From contig CABXWC010000003.1 of assembly GCA_902515855.1 (NCBI GenBank), forward strand, positions 4,289 to 68,288: a DNA stretch of 64,000 bases. Reading direction: 5' to 3'. Made by a program: the position numbers and the translations under genes. Below, piece after piece: positions 19,172 through 30,907 of the stretch (the stretch's first letter is position 1; each line of letters starts with the position of its first letter). The notes beneath the pieces are model-generated. The model made no database searches, was not told where the DNA came from, and worked only from the letters and a program-made list of their open reading frames with translations. This DNA comes from an uncultured SAR92 cluster bacterium. GTDB taxonomy: Bacteria; Pseudomonadota; Gammaproteobacteria; Pseudomonadales; Porticoccaceae.

Positions 19172-21310
19172 ATGTTGGAGAAACCAAAAAATAATTTATT
19201 TAAAATGACCAAAAAAAATAATGAGCTAAATAGCCCCTTAAGTTCATTGCCAGGTGTAGGTCCAAAGATCACACAAAAACTTAACAACATAAATTTATCT
19301 ACCTTTAAAGATGCGCTTTTTCACCTGCCGTATCGATACGTTGATCGAACAAAAGTTACAAAAATCTCCGATCTTAAGTTAAATAATTATGTAGTAATCG
19401 AAGGTGAAATAGAGAGTGTGGGTATAGTTTTTTCAAAAAGAAGAACTTTAATCTGCCGAATTTCTGACAATTATGGCTCTGTGATTATTAAATTCTATAA
19501 ATTCAATAATTCACAAAAATCTCAGTTTATTAAAGGCGCTTACATAAGGTGTTTTGGAATCGCTCATCGAGGAAAGTCCAGCTTTGAGTTCTATCATCCC
19601 GAATATTCAATAATGGAGAAAAGCAATTTCAAACCCCTTGACACCACTTTAAGCCCAATATATCCAACAACGATAGGGCTATCACAAAATAAGTTGCGCG
19701 ATATTATTAAAGGGGTTCTTGATCATCTGTGTATTAATCAAACAGATGTCGACTTCAAACCTCTTGATTCAGAAAATTTAATAGTTACTAAGTTTTCATC
19801 TTCCGAAGCTTTGAAGTTCTTGCATAATCCTCCATCAAACACTGACCTGGATGTTTTGGAGTCACGGTCGCATCCAATGCAAAAAATCTTATCTCTTGAA
19901 GAACTTACCGCATATCAAATTGGCCTATTATCAGAACGAAAAGCTATAAAAAGTCACACATCTAAACCCATGTTTCGAGATTTAGAATCAGAAGGAATTT
20001 TCTTAAATAATTTAAATTTCAAAATGACAAGTGCACAGACCCGAGTTATAAAAGAAATAGCTGACGATATTTCATCAACCAAACCCATGCACAGGCTAGT
20101 GCAAGGAGATGTAGGGTCTGGGAAGACCATAGTAGCGGCTTTTTGTTCACTCCAAATTTTACTAAATAATAAGCAAGTAGCAATAATGGCACCCACTGAG
20201 ATATTAGCAGAACAACATCGGTTGAATTTTCTAAAGTGGCTCAGTCCTTTTAAATATCAAATAGATCTCCTCTCCAGCAAAGTCAAAGGAAAACTTCGCG
20301 AAGAGGTGTGTCAAAAGATCGAGGATGGAAGCACGCAAGTAATTATTGGAACTCATGCTCTTTTTCAAGAAAATGTTAAATATAGCTCTCTTGGATTGGT
20401 TATTATTGATGAGCAGCATCGTTTTGGAGTGAATCAGAGACTAACCTTACTAAAAAAAGGTTTTAATGGACCAAATGATTTTAAAATCATTCCAAATCAA
20501 CTAGTGATGACTGCAACACCTATTCCTAGGACACTTGCAATGAGCGCTTATGCTGATCTTGATTTTTCCGTGATAGATGAATTGCCGCCGGGAAGACAAC
20601 CAATAAAGACCTCAGTGCTAAGTGATCAAAAGAGAGATGGAGTCATTAAAAAAATAAAAGATCTTGTTATACAAGGTAACCAAATTTATTGGGTTTGCAC
20701 ACTAATTGAGGAATCAGATGCTCTCGAAGCTGAAGCCGCCAAAGTGATTAGTGCAGAATTACAATTACAAATGCCTGCAGTGTCGGTTGGTTTAGTACAT
20801 GGAAAACTTAAAGCGAGAGAAAAATTAGACATAATGGATAGATTTAAACGAAAAGATATCAATGTGCTAGTTGCTACAACTGTAATTGAAGTGGGAGTAG
20901 ATGTGCCTGATGCCACAGTAATGGTTATCGAAAATGCAGAGCGGTTGGGGCTTTCTCAATTACACCAATTGCGAGGCCGTGTAGGAAGAGGTAGTAAACC
21001 GAGCTATTGCATCTTAATGTATGGAAAAAAACTTTCACATATGAGCCGGCAAAGAATGGAAATCATGCGCGAAACCAATGACGGCTTCAAAATAGCCGAA
21101 AAAGATTTGGCAATACGGGGAGCAGGCGAAATACTAGGAACCCGTCAAACAGGTGATATTGGATTTAAAATTGCAGATCTTTCGACAGATGCTTCTTTAT
21201 TGCCTTTGGCTAAACAAAATGCTGAGGAGATTATTGACAATAATCCTGATTTGGGACAAAAAATCGTCAATAACTGGCTCCCGAAAGGTAATGAGTTCTC
21301 CCTTGCATAA
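19172..21310 (+). CDS. recG: ATP-dependent DNA helicase RecG
   Basis: 712 aa. Wedge-domain N-terminus (L.GVGPK, LFHLPYRY.DRT), helicase motifs I (GDVGSGKT), II (DEQHRFG) and TATPIPRTLA, and QLHQLRGRVGRG. The start may be ATG 19205. Confidence 0.9.
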   Translation: MLEKPKNNLFKMTKKNNELNSPLSSLPGVGPKITQKLNNINLSTFKDALFHLPYRYVDRTKVTKISDLKLNNYVVIEGEIESVGIVFSKRRTLICRISDNYGSVIIKFYKFNNSQKSQFIKGAYIRCFGIAHRGKSSFEFYHPEYSIMEKSNFKPLDTTLSPIYPTTIGLSQNKLRDIIKGVLDHLCINQTDVDFKPLDSENLIVTKFSSSEALKFLHNPPSNTDLDVLESRSHPMQKILSLEELTAYQIGLLSERKAIKSHTSKPMFRDLESEGIFLNNLNFKMTSAQTRVIKEIADDISSTKPMHRLVQGDVGSGKTIVAAFCSLQILLNNKQVAIMAPTEILAEQHRLNFLKWLSPFKYQIDLLSSKVKGKLREEVCQKIEDGSTQVIIGTHALFQENVKYSSLGLVIIDEQHRFGVNQRLTLLKKGFNGPNDFKIIPNQLVMTATPIPRTLAMSAYADLDFSVIDELPPGRQPIKTSVLSDQKRDGVIKKIKDLVIQGNQIYWVCTLIEESDALEAEAAKVISAELQLQMPAVSVGLVHGKLKAREKLDIMDRFKRKDINVLVATTVIEVGVDVPDATVMVIENAERLGLSQLHQLRGRVGRGSKPSYCILMYGKKLSHMSRQRMEIMRETNDGFKIAEKDLAIRGAGEILGTRQTGDIGFKIADLSTDASLLPLAKQNAEEIIDNNPDLGQKIVNNWLPKGNEFSLA

Positions 21311-21356
21311 AAAATGATATTAAACGTTTGTGCCAATAACCTGTCAAAATATCACC

Positions 21357-22244
21357 TCATCCAGATAGATCCTTAATAAAAGAAGTCCTTAATGAACTAT
21401 TTTTTCCAACACCGGAGTTGGGATAGGGCGCTCCAAAAATTATGGTTACAATTTGTCTCAACGAAGATGCTTTTTTCAAATCCGTAATAATTTCTTTCCA
21501 CGAATAAAATGTTATTTCGACAGGATTGTTTGTATTCAAATCTTGAACTAAACCAAAGATTACCTTCTTTTCTTCTCTTTGATAGGTACGGAAAAATCGG
21601 TCCCATATTATTAATAAATTTCCATAGTTCTTGTCTATATATTCCTTATTTTTGCCATGATGCACACGGTGGTTCGAAGGAGTATTAAAAATACCATCCA
21701 TCCATCCTAATTTTCCTATCAATTGAGTATGCCCAACCACACCCCAAAAAGTTGATATCACTCCAGCTATTGCCGTGATACTCGGATCAAAACCAATAAG
21801 CGGTAAACTTATAAAGAAAGGTACTTTAGAAATCGGGCCAAACCATGCTTGACGAAAAGAAACGGAAAAGTTCATTTCAGTACTTGAATGATGATTCATA
21901 TGAATTGCCCACAAAATTCTTACTCGATGTGAGCACCTATGGTACCAATAAAAAACAAAATCGATTGCAATAAACGTTATCGCCCATAAGAAAACCAGGG
22001 GAAATTTATCAACCAAATTCAGCAATCTAAACTCGTATAAAAAAAAGTACAAAGATAGAACAGACCCTTGAAAAAGCAATGACACAAGAATATTCCCAAG
22101 CAGAAGTCCTGCTGTACCAAAAAAGTCTCCCGCTTTATAAAGTTCTCTTTTTCTAGAAATAGAGAATATTACTTCAAAAACTATCGCAATTACTACGATA
22201 GGGACGGCGATCTGATAAACGCCTGAATAATGTATAAATTCCAT
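21357..22244 (-). CDS. Fatty acid hydroxylase / sterol desaturase-family membrane protein
   Basis: 295 aa, polytopic, with three His boxes: HRCSHR, HMNHH and HRVHHG. Confidence 0.7.
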   Translation of the reverse strand: MEFIHYSGVYQIAVPIVVIAIVFEVIFSISRKRELYKAGDFFGTAGLLLGNILVSLLFQGSVLSLYFFLYEFRLLNLVDKFPLVFLWAITFIAIDFVFYWYHRCSHRVRILWAIHMNHHSSTEMNFSVSFRQAWFGPISKVPFFISLPLIGFDPSITAIAGVISTFWGVVGHTQLIGKLGWMDGIFNTPSNHRVHHGKNKEYIDKNYGNLLIIWDRFFRTYQREEKKVIFGLVQDLNTNNPVEITFYSWKEIITDLKKASSLRQIVTIIFGAPYPNSGVGKNSSLRTSFIKDLSG

Positions 22245-22281
22245 ACTACAAATCCCAAATAAATTGTAACTTCACCGTCAA

Positions 22282-23424
22282 TCACTGATTCAATATATCT
22301 ATCGCAGGCAGCCTTCCATTCTCAAGAAATTTTAAAAAAGCACCGCCACCCGTTGAAATGTATGAGATGTTTTCTGAAATTTTATACTTTTCAATCGCGG
22401 CAAGCGTATCGCCTCCACCTGCAACTGAAAATGCACCACTCCCAGAGACCGCGGCAGAAACTGACTTTGTACCCTCGCTGAACTGCTCAATTTCAAAAAC
22501 GCCAACTGGTCCATTCCAAATAATAGTTCCCGAAGCTTCAAGTATTTTTGACACTCTTTCTGACGATGATATTCCAATATCAAGAATCATTTCATCTTGA
22601 CCAATATCATCCACCAATTTTTTAAGAGCCACACTTTTATCAGATATCTCAGTTGAAACCACAACATCCGATGGCAATATAACCTCAACCTTATCCATGA
22701 TCACTCTCGCTCTATCAACTAACTGTTTCTCATAGAGTGATTTACCAACATCTTTGTTGGCAGCAACTAAAAAGGTGTTTGCTATTCCACCGCCAACAAT
22801 TAGACTATCAACTCTTTTGGCAAGATTTTCCAAAACGCCCAACTTAGACGACACTTTTGAACCTCCAACTATCGCGACTACCGGCTTTTTTGGACTACTG
22901 AAGCAGCAATTCAAAAACTCTACTTCCCTCTTTAACAGAGGACCCATACATGAGATAGGTGCATATTTCGCAACGCCATAGGTTGAGGCTTGCGCGCGAT
23001 GAGCAGTTGCAAAAGCGTCCATAACGAAGATGTCACACATTGCTGCATAATGTTTTGATAACTTCTCGCAATTTTCACTCTCACCTTTATTAAATCTGAC
23101 ATTTTCCAGTAAGATTAGCTTTGAGTGCAAACCAGCCAAATCTGAAATATTTCGACAGAGAGAAACATTAGTATCGAGCTTTTGTGCCAAATATTTGGCA
23201 ACAGGATCTAAAGAATATTTTAGATCAAATGTATCCTCTTTGGGTCGTCCCAAATGAGACATAATTACAACTTTACTGGCAGTCTTTAACGCAAGCTTTA
23301 TAGTGGGTAGCGCTTTATCAATTCTTATTGAGCTATCTATGATTCCTTGATGCATAGGAACATTTAGATCTAATCGAATCAGAACCCGACGGTTAGCCAT
23401 GTCTACTTCTTCCATCAGTCTCAT
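22282..23424 (-). CDS. pgk: Phosphoglycerate kinase
   Basis: 380 aa. RRVLIRLDLNVP, MSHLGRP, FATAHRA, GG.KVSSK and STGGGAFL.FLEG.-like C-terminus. Confidence 0.95.
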   Translation of the reverse strand: MRLMEEVDMANRRVLIRLDLNVPMHQGIIDSSIRIDKALPTIKLALKTASKVVIMSHLGRPKEDTFDLKYSLDPVAKYLAQKLDTNVSLCRNISDLAGLHSKLILLENVRFNKGESENCEKLSKHYAAMCDIFVMDAFATAHRAQASTYGVAKYAPISCMGPLLKREVEFLNCCFSSPKKPVVAIVGGSKVSSKLGVLENLAKRVDSLIVGGGIANTFLVAANKDVGKSLYEKQLVDRARVIMDKVEVILPSDVVVSTEISDKSVALKKLVDDIGQDEMILDIGISSSERVSKILEASGTIIWNGPVGVFEIEQFSEGTKSVSAAVSGSGAFSVAGGGDTLAAIEKYKISENISYISTGGGAFLKFLENGRLPAIDILNQ

Positions 23425-23428
23425 ATGG

Positions 23429-24442
23429 CTAATGTCTCGTAATCCAAAGTCTTATGATGTCTAGCATTCGGTTAGCATATCCCCATTCATTGTCGAACCA
23501 TATTAAAATTTTGACTAGCTTAGCTCCACTTACTCGTGTCTGACAGGAGTCTACAATTCCACTTCTTTTATCATGTATGAAATCGCAAGATGCTAGTGGC
23601 TCATCTGTATAACCCAAGATGTTTGAGAAATCTCCATTTGCTGATTCAAACAATATCGAGTTTATTTCCTCAACAGAGGTGCTTTTTGAAACCAAAATTG
23701 ACAAATCGATTGCAGAGACGTTAATTGTAGGCACTCTCATCGCTTGCGCTTGAAATTTTCCTGTCAGATTTGGCAACACTCTGTCAATTCCAAGTGCTAA
23801 ATCTGTATCAACTGGTATCATAGAGTTCATCGCTGCTCTAGTCTTCCTTAGGTCTGTATGGTGAAACGCGTCAATAACAGGCTGATCGTTCATTGCAGAG
23901 TGAATTGTTGTTATTACACCACTTTCAATTCCTAACTTATCATGAATAATTTTTATCAGTGGCACCACGCAATTTGTCGTGCAAGAAGCCCCCGATATAA
24001 TCGAGTCGGAATCTTTTAAGAGATGCTCGTTCACACCGAATACGATTGTGTTATCAACACACCGATCAGCAGGCTGTGAAAAAAGAACCCTCTTTGCACC
24101 TGACTTTATATGTAATTCTGCTTGTTCACGCTTAGAATAAGATCCACTAGATTCAATTACGATATCAATATCATGCTTAAGCCAAGGCAAACAGTTTAAG
24201 TCATGATGATGGCTAACAGAAATAAGATCATCGTCTATCTTTAAATTTAGACCATCGGTATTCACACAACCAAAAAACTTGCCATGAGTCGAGTCATAAC
24301 GAGTCAGGTGAGCCATGGTTTGAACTTCGGCTATCTCGTTTATCGCTGTTATTTTAAATCCCAGATCCCGATCACTTTCATAAAAGGCACGAAGCACGGA
24401 CCGACCTATCCGGCCAAAGCCGTTGATTGCGATATTAAACAC
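23429..24442 (-). CDS. epd: Erythrose-4-phosphate dehydrogenase (Gap family, Epd-like)
   Basis: 337 aa. INGFGRIGR, ASCTTNC, TTIHSAMNDQPVIDA, RVPTINVSAIDLS and WFDNEWGYANRMLD match E. coli Epd better than GapA. It sits between tkt and pgk, as in Pseudomonas. Confidence 0.75.
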   Translation of the reverse strand: MFNIAINGFGRIGRSVLRAFYESDRDLGFKITAINEIAEVQTMAHLTRYDSTHGKFFGCVNTDGLNLKIDDDLISVSHHHDLNCLPWLKHDIDIVIESSGSYSKREQAELHIKSGAKRVLFSQPADRCVDNTIVFGVNEHLLKDSDSIISGASCTTNCVVPLIKIIHDKLGIESGVITTIHSAMNDQPVIDAFHHTDLRKTRAAMNSMIPVDTDLALGIDRVLPNLTGKFQAQAMRVPTINVSAIDLSILVSKSTSVEEINSILFESANGDFSNILGYTDEPLASCDFIHDKRSGIVDSCQTRVSGAKLVKILIWFDNEWGYANRMLDIIRLWITRH

Positions 24443-26440
24443 CTAAGAAAGCATCCCCTTCGCAACATTGACAAGATTTTCCTCAGTAAAGCCGAATTCT
24501 TGCATTAGCACATCACCGGGAGCTGATTCGCCGAATGTTTCCATCCCAATCACAATTCCGGACAAACCAACAAATTTATACCAGTAGTCTTTATGAAGAG
24601 CCTCTACTGCGATGCGGTTTAAAAGGTTTGGCGGTAAAACCCTATCTCTATAGTCTTTATCTTGTAAACAAAAAAGCTCAGCACACGGCATTGAAACAAC
24701 TCGCGCTGATATACCTGCTACTTTTAGCTCTCGAGCAGCTTGAATCGCTATATTCACTTCTGACCCCGTTGCTATAAACAATAATATTGGATCTGGATGA
24801 TCTAATAAGACATACCCACCTTTGGATATTAGTGCCACTTGTTCATTATCTCGTATTGCTGGCTCTAAGCTCTGCCGGCTAAAAACTAATGCTGTAGGAC
24901 CATCGTCTCGCATAATTGCGTGCTTCCACGCAGTGGCAGATTCTACCGTATCACAGGGCCTCCAAGTATATAAGTTTGGCGTAGCGCGAAGTGCAGTCAA
25001 TTGCTCAACTGGTTGATGCGTTGGACCATCCTCTCCCAATCCAATCGAATCATGAGTGTAGACAAAAATACTCCTTCTCTTCATCAACGCAGACATTCTA
25101 ATTGCATTTCTAGCATATTCCATGAACATGAGAAATGTCGCTCCATAATTAATAAAACCACCATGCAACGATATTCCGTTCATGATTGCAGACATACCGA
25201 ACTCTCTCACTCCATAAAATATATAGTTTCCAGATGCATCATCCGATTTGATCGGCTTTGAGCCTTTCCAAATTGTAAGATTTGACCCAGCGAGATCTGC
25301 CGATCCACCCAGTAATTCAGGCAGCATCGGACCATATGCATTCAGACAATTTTGAGACGCTTTTCGCGATGCGATTTTCTCAAAATTACTCTGACACTCG
25401 TGTATATAACTGTTTGCGCTCGCTTCGAAACCCGCAGGAATTTCACCCTTCATTCTTCTTTGAAGATCTAGAGCCAGCTCTGGGTACTCTTGCTGATAAT
25501 GATTAAACAGAACATCCCACTGGTCTTGCTTTTTCTGACCTGCATTTTTTGCATCCCAAGCCTCATAAATTTCAGACGGAATTACAAAGGGTTTATGATT
25601 CCAATTAAGGGCTTTTCTAGTTAGCGCAACTTCATCATCTCCCAACGCCGCGCCATGACACTCTTCCTTGCCCTCTTTATTAGGCGATCCAAATCCAATA
25701 ATTGTTTTACAGCAAATCAAAGTGGGTTTGTCAGTTTTATATTTTGCTTGTTTCAATGCGCTAGCTATTTTGTTGTTGTCGTGTCCATCAACATCACTTA
25801 TAACGTCCCATCCATAAGCTTCGAAACGTTTTTTTGTATCATCTGTAAACCAATTCTCAACTTCGCCATCGATTGAAATCCCATTATCATCGTAAATCGC
25901 GATCAATTTACCTAGGCCAAGCGTCCCTGCAAGAGAACATACCTCGTGTGATATACCTTCCATTAAACAACCATCACCTAAGAACACATAAGTATTATGG
26001 TCAATGATTTTGTGACTATCTTTATTAAATTGATCGGCCAAAACTTTTTCAGCGATAGCCATACCCACAGCGTTTGCCAAACCTTGTCCCAAAGGTCCAG
26101 TAGTCGTCTCTACACCTGGAGCATATCCATATTCCGGATGCCCTGGTGTCATGGAGTGCAGCTGACGAAAATTTTTAATCTCATCTATTGAAAGTTCATA
26201 ACCCGATAAATGAAGAAGTGAATATAGGAGCATTGAGCCATGTCCATTAGACAAAACAAAACGATCTCTATTAATCCAGTTGGGGTCATTGGGATTATGC
26301 GATAAAAAATCATTCCATAACACTTCTGCAATGTCTGCCATACCCATTGGGGCGCCAGGATGACCACTATTAGCACGTTGAACAGCATCCATACTCAATG
26401 CTCGAACTGCATTGGCAAGTATTCTTCTATCTTCCATCAA
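24443..26440 (-). CDS. tkt: Transketolase
   Basis: 665 aa. [57 protein letters not shown]. Confidence 0.95.
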   Translation of the reverse strand: MMEDRRILANAVRALSMDAVQRANSGHPGAPMGMADIAEVLWNDFLSHNPNDPNWINRDRFVLSNGHGSMLLYSLLHLSGYELSIDEIKNFRQLHSMTPGHPEYGYAPGVETTTGPLGQGLANAVGMAIAEKVLADQFNKDSHKIIDHNTYVFLGDGCLMEGISHEVCSLAGTLGLGKLIAIYDDNGISIDGEVENWFTDDTKKRFEAYGWDVISDVDGHDNNKIASALKQAKYKTDKPTLICCKTIIGFGSPNKEGKEECHGAALGDDEVALTRKALNWNHKPFVIPSEIYEAWDAKNAGQKKQDQWDVLFNHYQQEYPELALDLQRRMKGEIPAGFEASANSYIHECQSNFEKIASRKASQNCLNAYGPMLPELLGGSADLAGSNLTIWKGSKPIKSDDASGNYIFYGVREFGMSAIMNGISLHGGFINYGATFLMFMEYARNAIRMSALMKRRSIFVYTHDSIGLGEDGPTHQPVEQLTALRATPNLYTWRPCDTVESATAWKHAIMRDDGPTALVFSRQSLEPAIRDNEQVALISKGGYVLLDHPDPILLFIATGSEVNIAIQAARELKVAGISARVVSMPCAELFCLQDKDYRDRVLPPNLLNRIAVEALHKDYWYKFVGLSGIVIGMETFGESAPGDVLMQEFGFTEENLVNVAKGMLS

Positions 26441-26458
26441 GCATTACCTTTTTATTTT

Positions 26459-26475
26459 GATAAAACCATTTTATC
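26459..26475. promoter_or_regulatory. 7-3-7 inverted repeat GATAAAA-CCA-TTTTATC in the tkt / sahR-like divergent promoter region (candidate operator)
   Basis: The arms are perfect reverse complements, read directly from the sequence. The functional assignment is speculative. Confidence 0.25.
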
Positions 26476-26561
26476 TTTGCTTAAAAATAAACACCAGCTA
26501 ATGCAACACCTAAAAAGCATCAAAATTTGTTTATATAAAAACTTATTGATATAATAAATTC

Positions 26562-27542
26562 ATGAGTTTTAGTGCTAAAAAGTTCATAACGAGTTCTGTT
26601 GATGTTTCCAATTTCAATCCCTTATGCAAAGCGGTTGGAGACCCTTTACGTGTTGAAATATTAAAGGTACTTCAAGATAATTCTTTCGGTGTTTTGGAGC
26701 TCTGTTCGATATTTGAGATCGGGCAGCCAGCAATGAGTCACCATCTAAAAGTGCTTTCGAAAAGTCATCTTGTTTCGACTAAAAGAGATGGAGCTAACAT
26801 TTTTTACCAAAGAAATAATTTTAATCCTGAGGAAAACTTACAGAGCTTTCAAAGCACACTGTTCAAAACAATAAATAGCTTCAAGTTAAGTGAGTCTGTC
26901 GAAAGGAACATCGAAAGTATCAAAACTGCGAGAGAGAAAGTTTCAATCGAGTTTTTCAACAAAAACGTGAGCTTATTTCAGGAAAATCAAGATCTGATTG
27001 CAAGTTGGTTAAACTATGGTCCAAGCCTAGAAAATTTACTTCCTAAACACAATATTGAGGGGAAATTAGCAGTTGATGTTGGCGCTGGACTGGGCGATTT
27101 TCTGCCCACATTAAGCTCTCTGTTCGACAAAGTTATTGCAATTGATAATGCTAAAGAAGTACTAGAAGAGTGCACCCAAAACATTACAAGCAAAAAGCTT
27201 AGTAATGTTTCTACTTTTTTAGGCAACTTGAAAGAGTTCAAGTTCCAAACGACAAAAGCGGATTTTATATCACTTAATATGGTGCTCCACCACAACATTA
27301 ATCCACAAAATGTTCTAAAAGAATGCTCAGCCGTTTTAGCAGAAAATGGTTTCATGCTGATTACGGAATTATGTAACCATAACCAAGAATGGACTAAGAC
27401 GTCGTGTGGAGACTTATGGTATGGGTTTGAGCCAGAGACTATTGAAAAATGGGCGAAAGAATGCGAATTAAAAAAATTAGAAAGTATGTTTATTGCTCAT
27501 AGAAACGGTTTTAAAACACAAATACACATTTTTAAAAAATAA
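26562..27542 (+). CDS. ArsR-family HTH fused to a SAM-dependent methyltransferase-like domain (SahR-like regulator)
   Basis: 326 aa. N-terminal ArsR wHTH (LRVEILKVL...[20 protein letters not shown]) and a C-terminal class-I MTase fold ([10 protein letters not shown]). It lies immediately upstream of metK-ahcY, the context described for SahR. Confidence 0.65.
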   Translation: MSFSAKKFITSSVDVSNFNPLCKAVGDPLRVEILKVLQDNSFGVLELCSIFEIGQPAMSHHLKVLSKSHLVSTKRDGANIFYQRNNFNPEENLQSFQSTLFKTINSFKLSESVERNIESIKTAREKVSIEFFNKNVSLFQENQDLIASWLNYGPSLENLLPKHNIEGKLAVDVGAGLGDFLPTLSSLFDKVIAIDNAKEVLEECTQNITSKKLSNVSTFLGNLKEFKFQTTKADFISLNMVLHHNINPQNVLKECSAVLAENGFMLITELCNHNQEWTKTSCGDLWYGFEPETIEKWAKECELKKLESMFIAHRNGFKTQIHIFKK

Positions 27543-27552
27543 GGGCGGCATT

Positions 27553-28707
27553 ATGCAACATTACAAATTATTTACATCTGAATCTGTATCAGAGGGGCAT
27601 CCAGACAAAATGGCAGATCAGATATCAGATGCTGTGCTAGATGCTATTTTATCCGATGATCCGTCCTCTAGGGTGGCGGTAGAGACGATGGTGAAAACAG
27701 GCATGGCCATTATTGCAGGAGAAGTACGAACTAATACATACGTAGATCTCGAAGATGTTGTTAGGAAAGTCATCATTGATATCGGATATGATAATTCCGA
27801 TGTTGGCTTTGATGGCAATAACTGTGCTGTTTTAAATGCCATCGGCAAACAATCTGGTGATATCGCCATGGGAGTAGATGCCTCGGCAAACAAGGATATC
27901 GGTGCAGGGGATCAAGGCTTAATGTTCGGCTATGCCTCGAACGAAACCGACGCATTCATGCCCGCGCCAATTCATTACTCGCATCTTTTAGTAAAACAAC
28001 AGGCTAAAGTTAGAAAAAATGGATTGCTCCCCTGGTTAAGACCAGATGCAAAAAGTCAAATTACGTTTAAATATGAGAATGAAAAACCCGTATCTATAGA
28101 TGCGATTGTATTGTCGACTCAGCACTCTCCTGATATCTCACTGCCAGAACTGCAAGAAGCAGTAAAACAAGAGATTATTTTGCCAGTAATACCTGAGAAG
28201 TGGATACATAATGAAACAAAATTTCATATAAACCCAACTGGCCAATTCATTATTGGCGGTCCTGTTGGAGATTGTGGGCTCACAGGTAGAAAAATTATCG
28301 TTGATACATACGGAGGTATGGCGCGTCATGGCGGAGGAGCGTTCTCAGGAAAAGATCCGACAAAAGTTGACCGATCAGCAGCTTACGCAGGTCGGTACGT
28401 AGCTAAAAATATTGTTGCATCGGGTTTAGCAGATAAATGTGAGATACAGATCTCCTACGCAATAGGTGTTTCAGAGCCAACATCGATAAGCATTGATACT
28501 TATAACACTGGGAAATTGGAGGATCATAAAATCGCTGCAATTGTTTCGGAAAACTTCGACTTAAGACCCAGAGGACTTATTGAGATGCTAGACCTTAATA
28601 GGCCCATTTATCAGAAAACTGCAGCTTATGGACATTTTGGCAGGGATGACCTGGATGTGCCTTGGGAGAAAATAGATAAATCAGAAGACTTAAAAAAATA
28701 TTTGTAA
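27553..28707 (+). CDS. metK: S-adenosylmethionine synthetase
   Basis: 384 aa from ATG 27553 ([27 protein letters not shown]). [12 protein letters not shown] and [16 protein letters not shown]. The track start at 27493 is an upstream extension overlapping the previous gene. Confidence 0.95.
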   Translation: MQHYKLFTSESVSEGHPDKMADQISDAVLDAILSDDPSSRVAVETMVKTGMAIIAGEVRTNTYVDLEDVVRKVIIDIGYDNSDVGFDGNNCAVLNAIGKQSGDIAMGVDASANKDIGAGDQGLMFGYASNETDAFMPAPIHYSHLLVKQQAKVRKNGLLPWLRPDAKSQITFKYENEKPVSIDAIVLSTQHSPDISLPELQEAVKQEIILPVIPEKWIHNETKFHINPTGQFIIGGPVGDCGLTGRKIIVDTYGGMARHGGGAFSGKDPTKVDRSAAYAGRYVAKNIVASGLADKCEIQISYAIGVSEPTSISIDTYNTGKLEDHKIAAIVSENFDLRPRGLIEMLDLNRPIYQKTAAYGHFGRDDLDVPWEKIDKSEDLKKYL

Positions 28708-28740
28708 GGAAAACGCAATCTAATAAAGAGGATATTTGTA

Positions 28741-30129
28741 ATGATTTCAGTAGCAGAAAAAATAGACCAAAACTTCAATGACTTTAAAGTAGCAGATATA
28801 AGCTTAGCGGATTGGGGTAGAAAGGAAATAATAATAGCAGAAACAGAAATGCCAGCATTAATGGCATTGCGAGATAAGTACCAAACTGAGCAACCTTTGG
28901 CGGGCGCAAGAATTCTTGGTTGTATTCACATGACCATACAGACAGCTGTTCTTATTGAGACGCTAAAAAGTCTGGGGGCCGATGTACGATGGACCTCATG
29001 CAACATATTTTCAACACAAGACCATGCCGCTGCCGCAGTGGCTGCCGGAGGGACTCCTGTTTTTGCGTGGAAAGGAGAAACTGAAGAAGAGTATGAATGG
29101 TGTCTAGAGCAGCAAGTGCTCAAGGATGGAAAACCATGGGACGCAAATATGGTGCTTGATGACGGAGGAGATCTAACCGCACTCTTGCATAATAAATTTC
29201 CAGAAGTTTTAGAAAATGTTCACGGTATTACAGAAGAAACAACAACAGGAGTTCATCGACTGTATGAAATGTTAGACAAGGGGGAATTATTGGTACCCGC
29301 GATAAACGTAAATGACTCAGTAACTAAGTCCAAGTGTGACAATAAATATGGATGCAGGCATAGCCTTAACGATGCCATAAAGCGTGCAACAGATCATCTT
29401 TTATCGGGGAAAAAAGCTGTTGTTATTGGATATGGAGATGTTGGAAAAGGCTCTGCTCAATCCTTGCGTCAAGAAGGAATGATAGTCAAGGTTACAGAAG
29501 TTGATCCTATATGCGCAATGCAAGCCTGCCTTGATGGGTTTGAAGTAGTATCAACTTATATCGATGGAAATCCATCTCATGGCGTAGATACTTCGCTTCT
29601 TCAAAACACTGACTTGCTTGTCACAAGCACTGGAAACTTTAATGTATGTGGAGAGAGCATTCTCAGTAATTTAAAGTCCGGTTGTGTTGTTGCAAACATT
29701 GGACATTTTGATAATGAGATCGATACTGCGTATATGAGGGAGACTTGGACTTGGGAGGAAGTAAAACCTCAGGTTCATAAAATCTATAGAGATGAAAGTA
29801 AAAATGATCACTTGTTACTTCTTGCGGAGGGCCGATTGGTGAACCTAGGAAATGCCACGGGTCACCCCAGCCGAATTATGGATGGATCTTTTGCCAACCA
29901 GGTATTAGCGCAGATGGAACTATACAAGCGTCAATTTGCTACTCAAACATCCGAAGAAAAAGCGAAGTGCCTATTGGTAGAAGTTCTGCCAAAAAATTTA
30001 GATGAGGAAGTAGCAAGCTATATGGTTTCTGGATTTGGAGGCGTAATCACCAAACTTTCAGACGAACAAGCAAGTTATATTGGTGTATCAGTTAATGGCC
30101 CATTTAAAAACGATGCCTACAAATACTAA
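28741..30129 (+). CDS. ahcY: Adenosylhomocysteinase
   Basis: 462 aa. [31 protein letters not shown], the NAD site [18 protein letters not shown] and a C-terminal Y. It starts 33 nt after metK. Confidence 0.95.
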   Translation: MISVAEKIDQNFNDFKVADISLADWGRKEIIIAETEMPALMALRDKYQTEQPLAGARILGCIHMTIQTAVLIETLKSLGADVRWTSCNIFSTQDHAAAAVAAGGTPVFAWKGETEEEYEWCLEQQVLKDGKPWDANMVLDDGGDLTALLHNKFPEVLENVHGITEETTTGVHRLYEMLDKGELLVPAINVNDSVTKSKCDNKYGCRHSLNDAIKRATDHLLSGKKAVVIGYGDVGKGSAQSLRQEGMIVKVTEVDPICAMQACLDGFEVVSTYIDGNPSHGVDTSLLQNTDLLVTSTGNFNVCGESILSNLKSGCVVANIGHFDNEIDTAYMRETWTWEEVKPQVHKIYRDESKNDHLLLLAEGRLVNLGNATGHPSRIMDGSFANQVLAQMELYKRQFATQTSEEKAKCLLVEVLPKNLDEEVASYMVSGFGGVITKLSDEQASYIGVSVNGPFKNDAYKY

Positions 30130-30175
30130 ATTAGCAGTAGTTGCCATTTATCTGCTACATAGATGAGGGACTTCA

Positions 30176-30907
30176 GTGAGAGTCCCTCGAATATTTGTTT
30201 CTATTGATATCCAAAAAGACGATTGTATCAATCTAGAAGAGGCAGAATCGCATTATGTTAAAGCAGTTTTAAGATTAAAAATAAAAAACGAAATTATCCT
30301 ATTTAATGGAACTAATTATGAATATCACGGATATATTCAAGAAATACAAAAAAAATCTGTAATAATTTCAATAAAAAAACAGGTAAAAAAGAATACCGAC
30401 TCTCCCATAAAAACTCGGTTGCTTATCGCCATATCTCGAAGCAACAGGTTTGATATGATCATTCAAAAAGCGACAGAACTTGGAATTTCCTCTATCACAC
30501 CCATTGAAACGGATTACTCTGATATCAAAATTAAAAAAATTAATTTATCCCATAAACTAAATCACTGGCAAAAAATTATAATAAACGCATGTCAGCAATC
30601 AGGGCGCAATTGTCTTCCCACTATTGAACAAATTCAAAGCTTTTCAAATGCTATAACTGCAGATTCGTCAGGAAAAAAAATAATACTGACGCCTGGATGT
30701 AATAAAACTCTTAAATCAATCGGCTCTGTTAAAAAAGAGATTTCAATAGCCTCAGGCCCAGAAGGAGGTTTCTCAGAGAGAGAGATGACGCTCGCAAAAA
30801 ATACTGGGTTTGACGCTATCTCGCTTGGCCCAAGAATACTCCGGACCGAGACAGCACCATTAGCGGCATTAAGTATCATTCAATCAAAATGGGGAGACCT
30901 TATATAA
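30176..30907 (+). CDS. rsmE: 16S rRNA (uracil1498-N3)-methyltransferase
   Basis: 243 aa. RIPRIF-type N-terminus (VPRIFV), HY..VLRL, QK..K.DRFD-like core and C-terminal SLGPRILRTETAPLAALS. GTG start with GAGGGA upstream. Confidence 0.85.
   Translation: MRVPRIFVSIDIQKDDCINLEEAESHYVKAVLRLKIKNEIILFNGTNYEYHGYIQEIQKKSVIISIKKQVKKNTDSPIKTRLLIAISRSNRFDMIIQKATELGISSITPIETDYSDIKIKKINLSHKLNHWQKIIINACQQSGRNCLPTIEQIQSFSNAITADSSGKKIILTPGCNKTLKSIGSVKKEISIASGPEGGFSEREMTLAKNTGFDAISLGPRILRTETAPLAALSIIQSKWGDLI

Noticed and set aside
27493-27552. Upstream extension of metK suggested by the ORF track
   Set aside because: It would overlap the SahR-like gene by 50 nt. ATG 27553 gives the canonical 384-aa MetK beginning [19 protein letters not shown].
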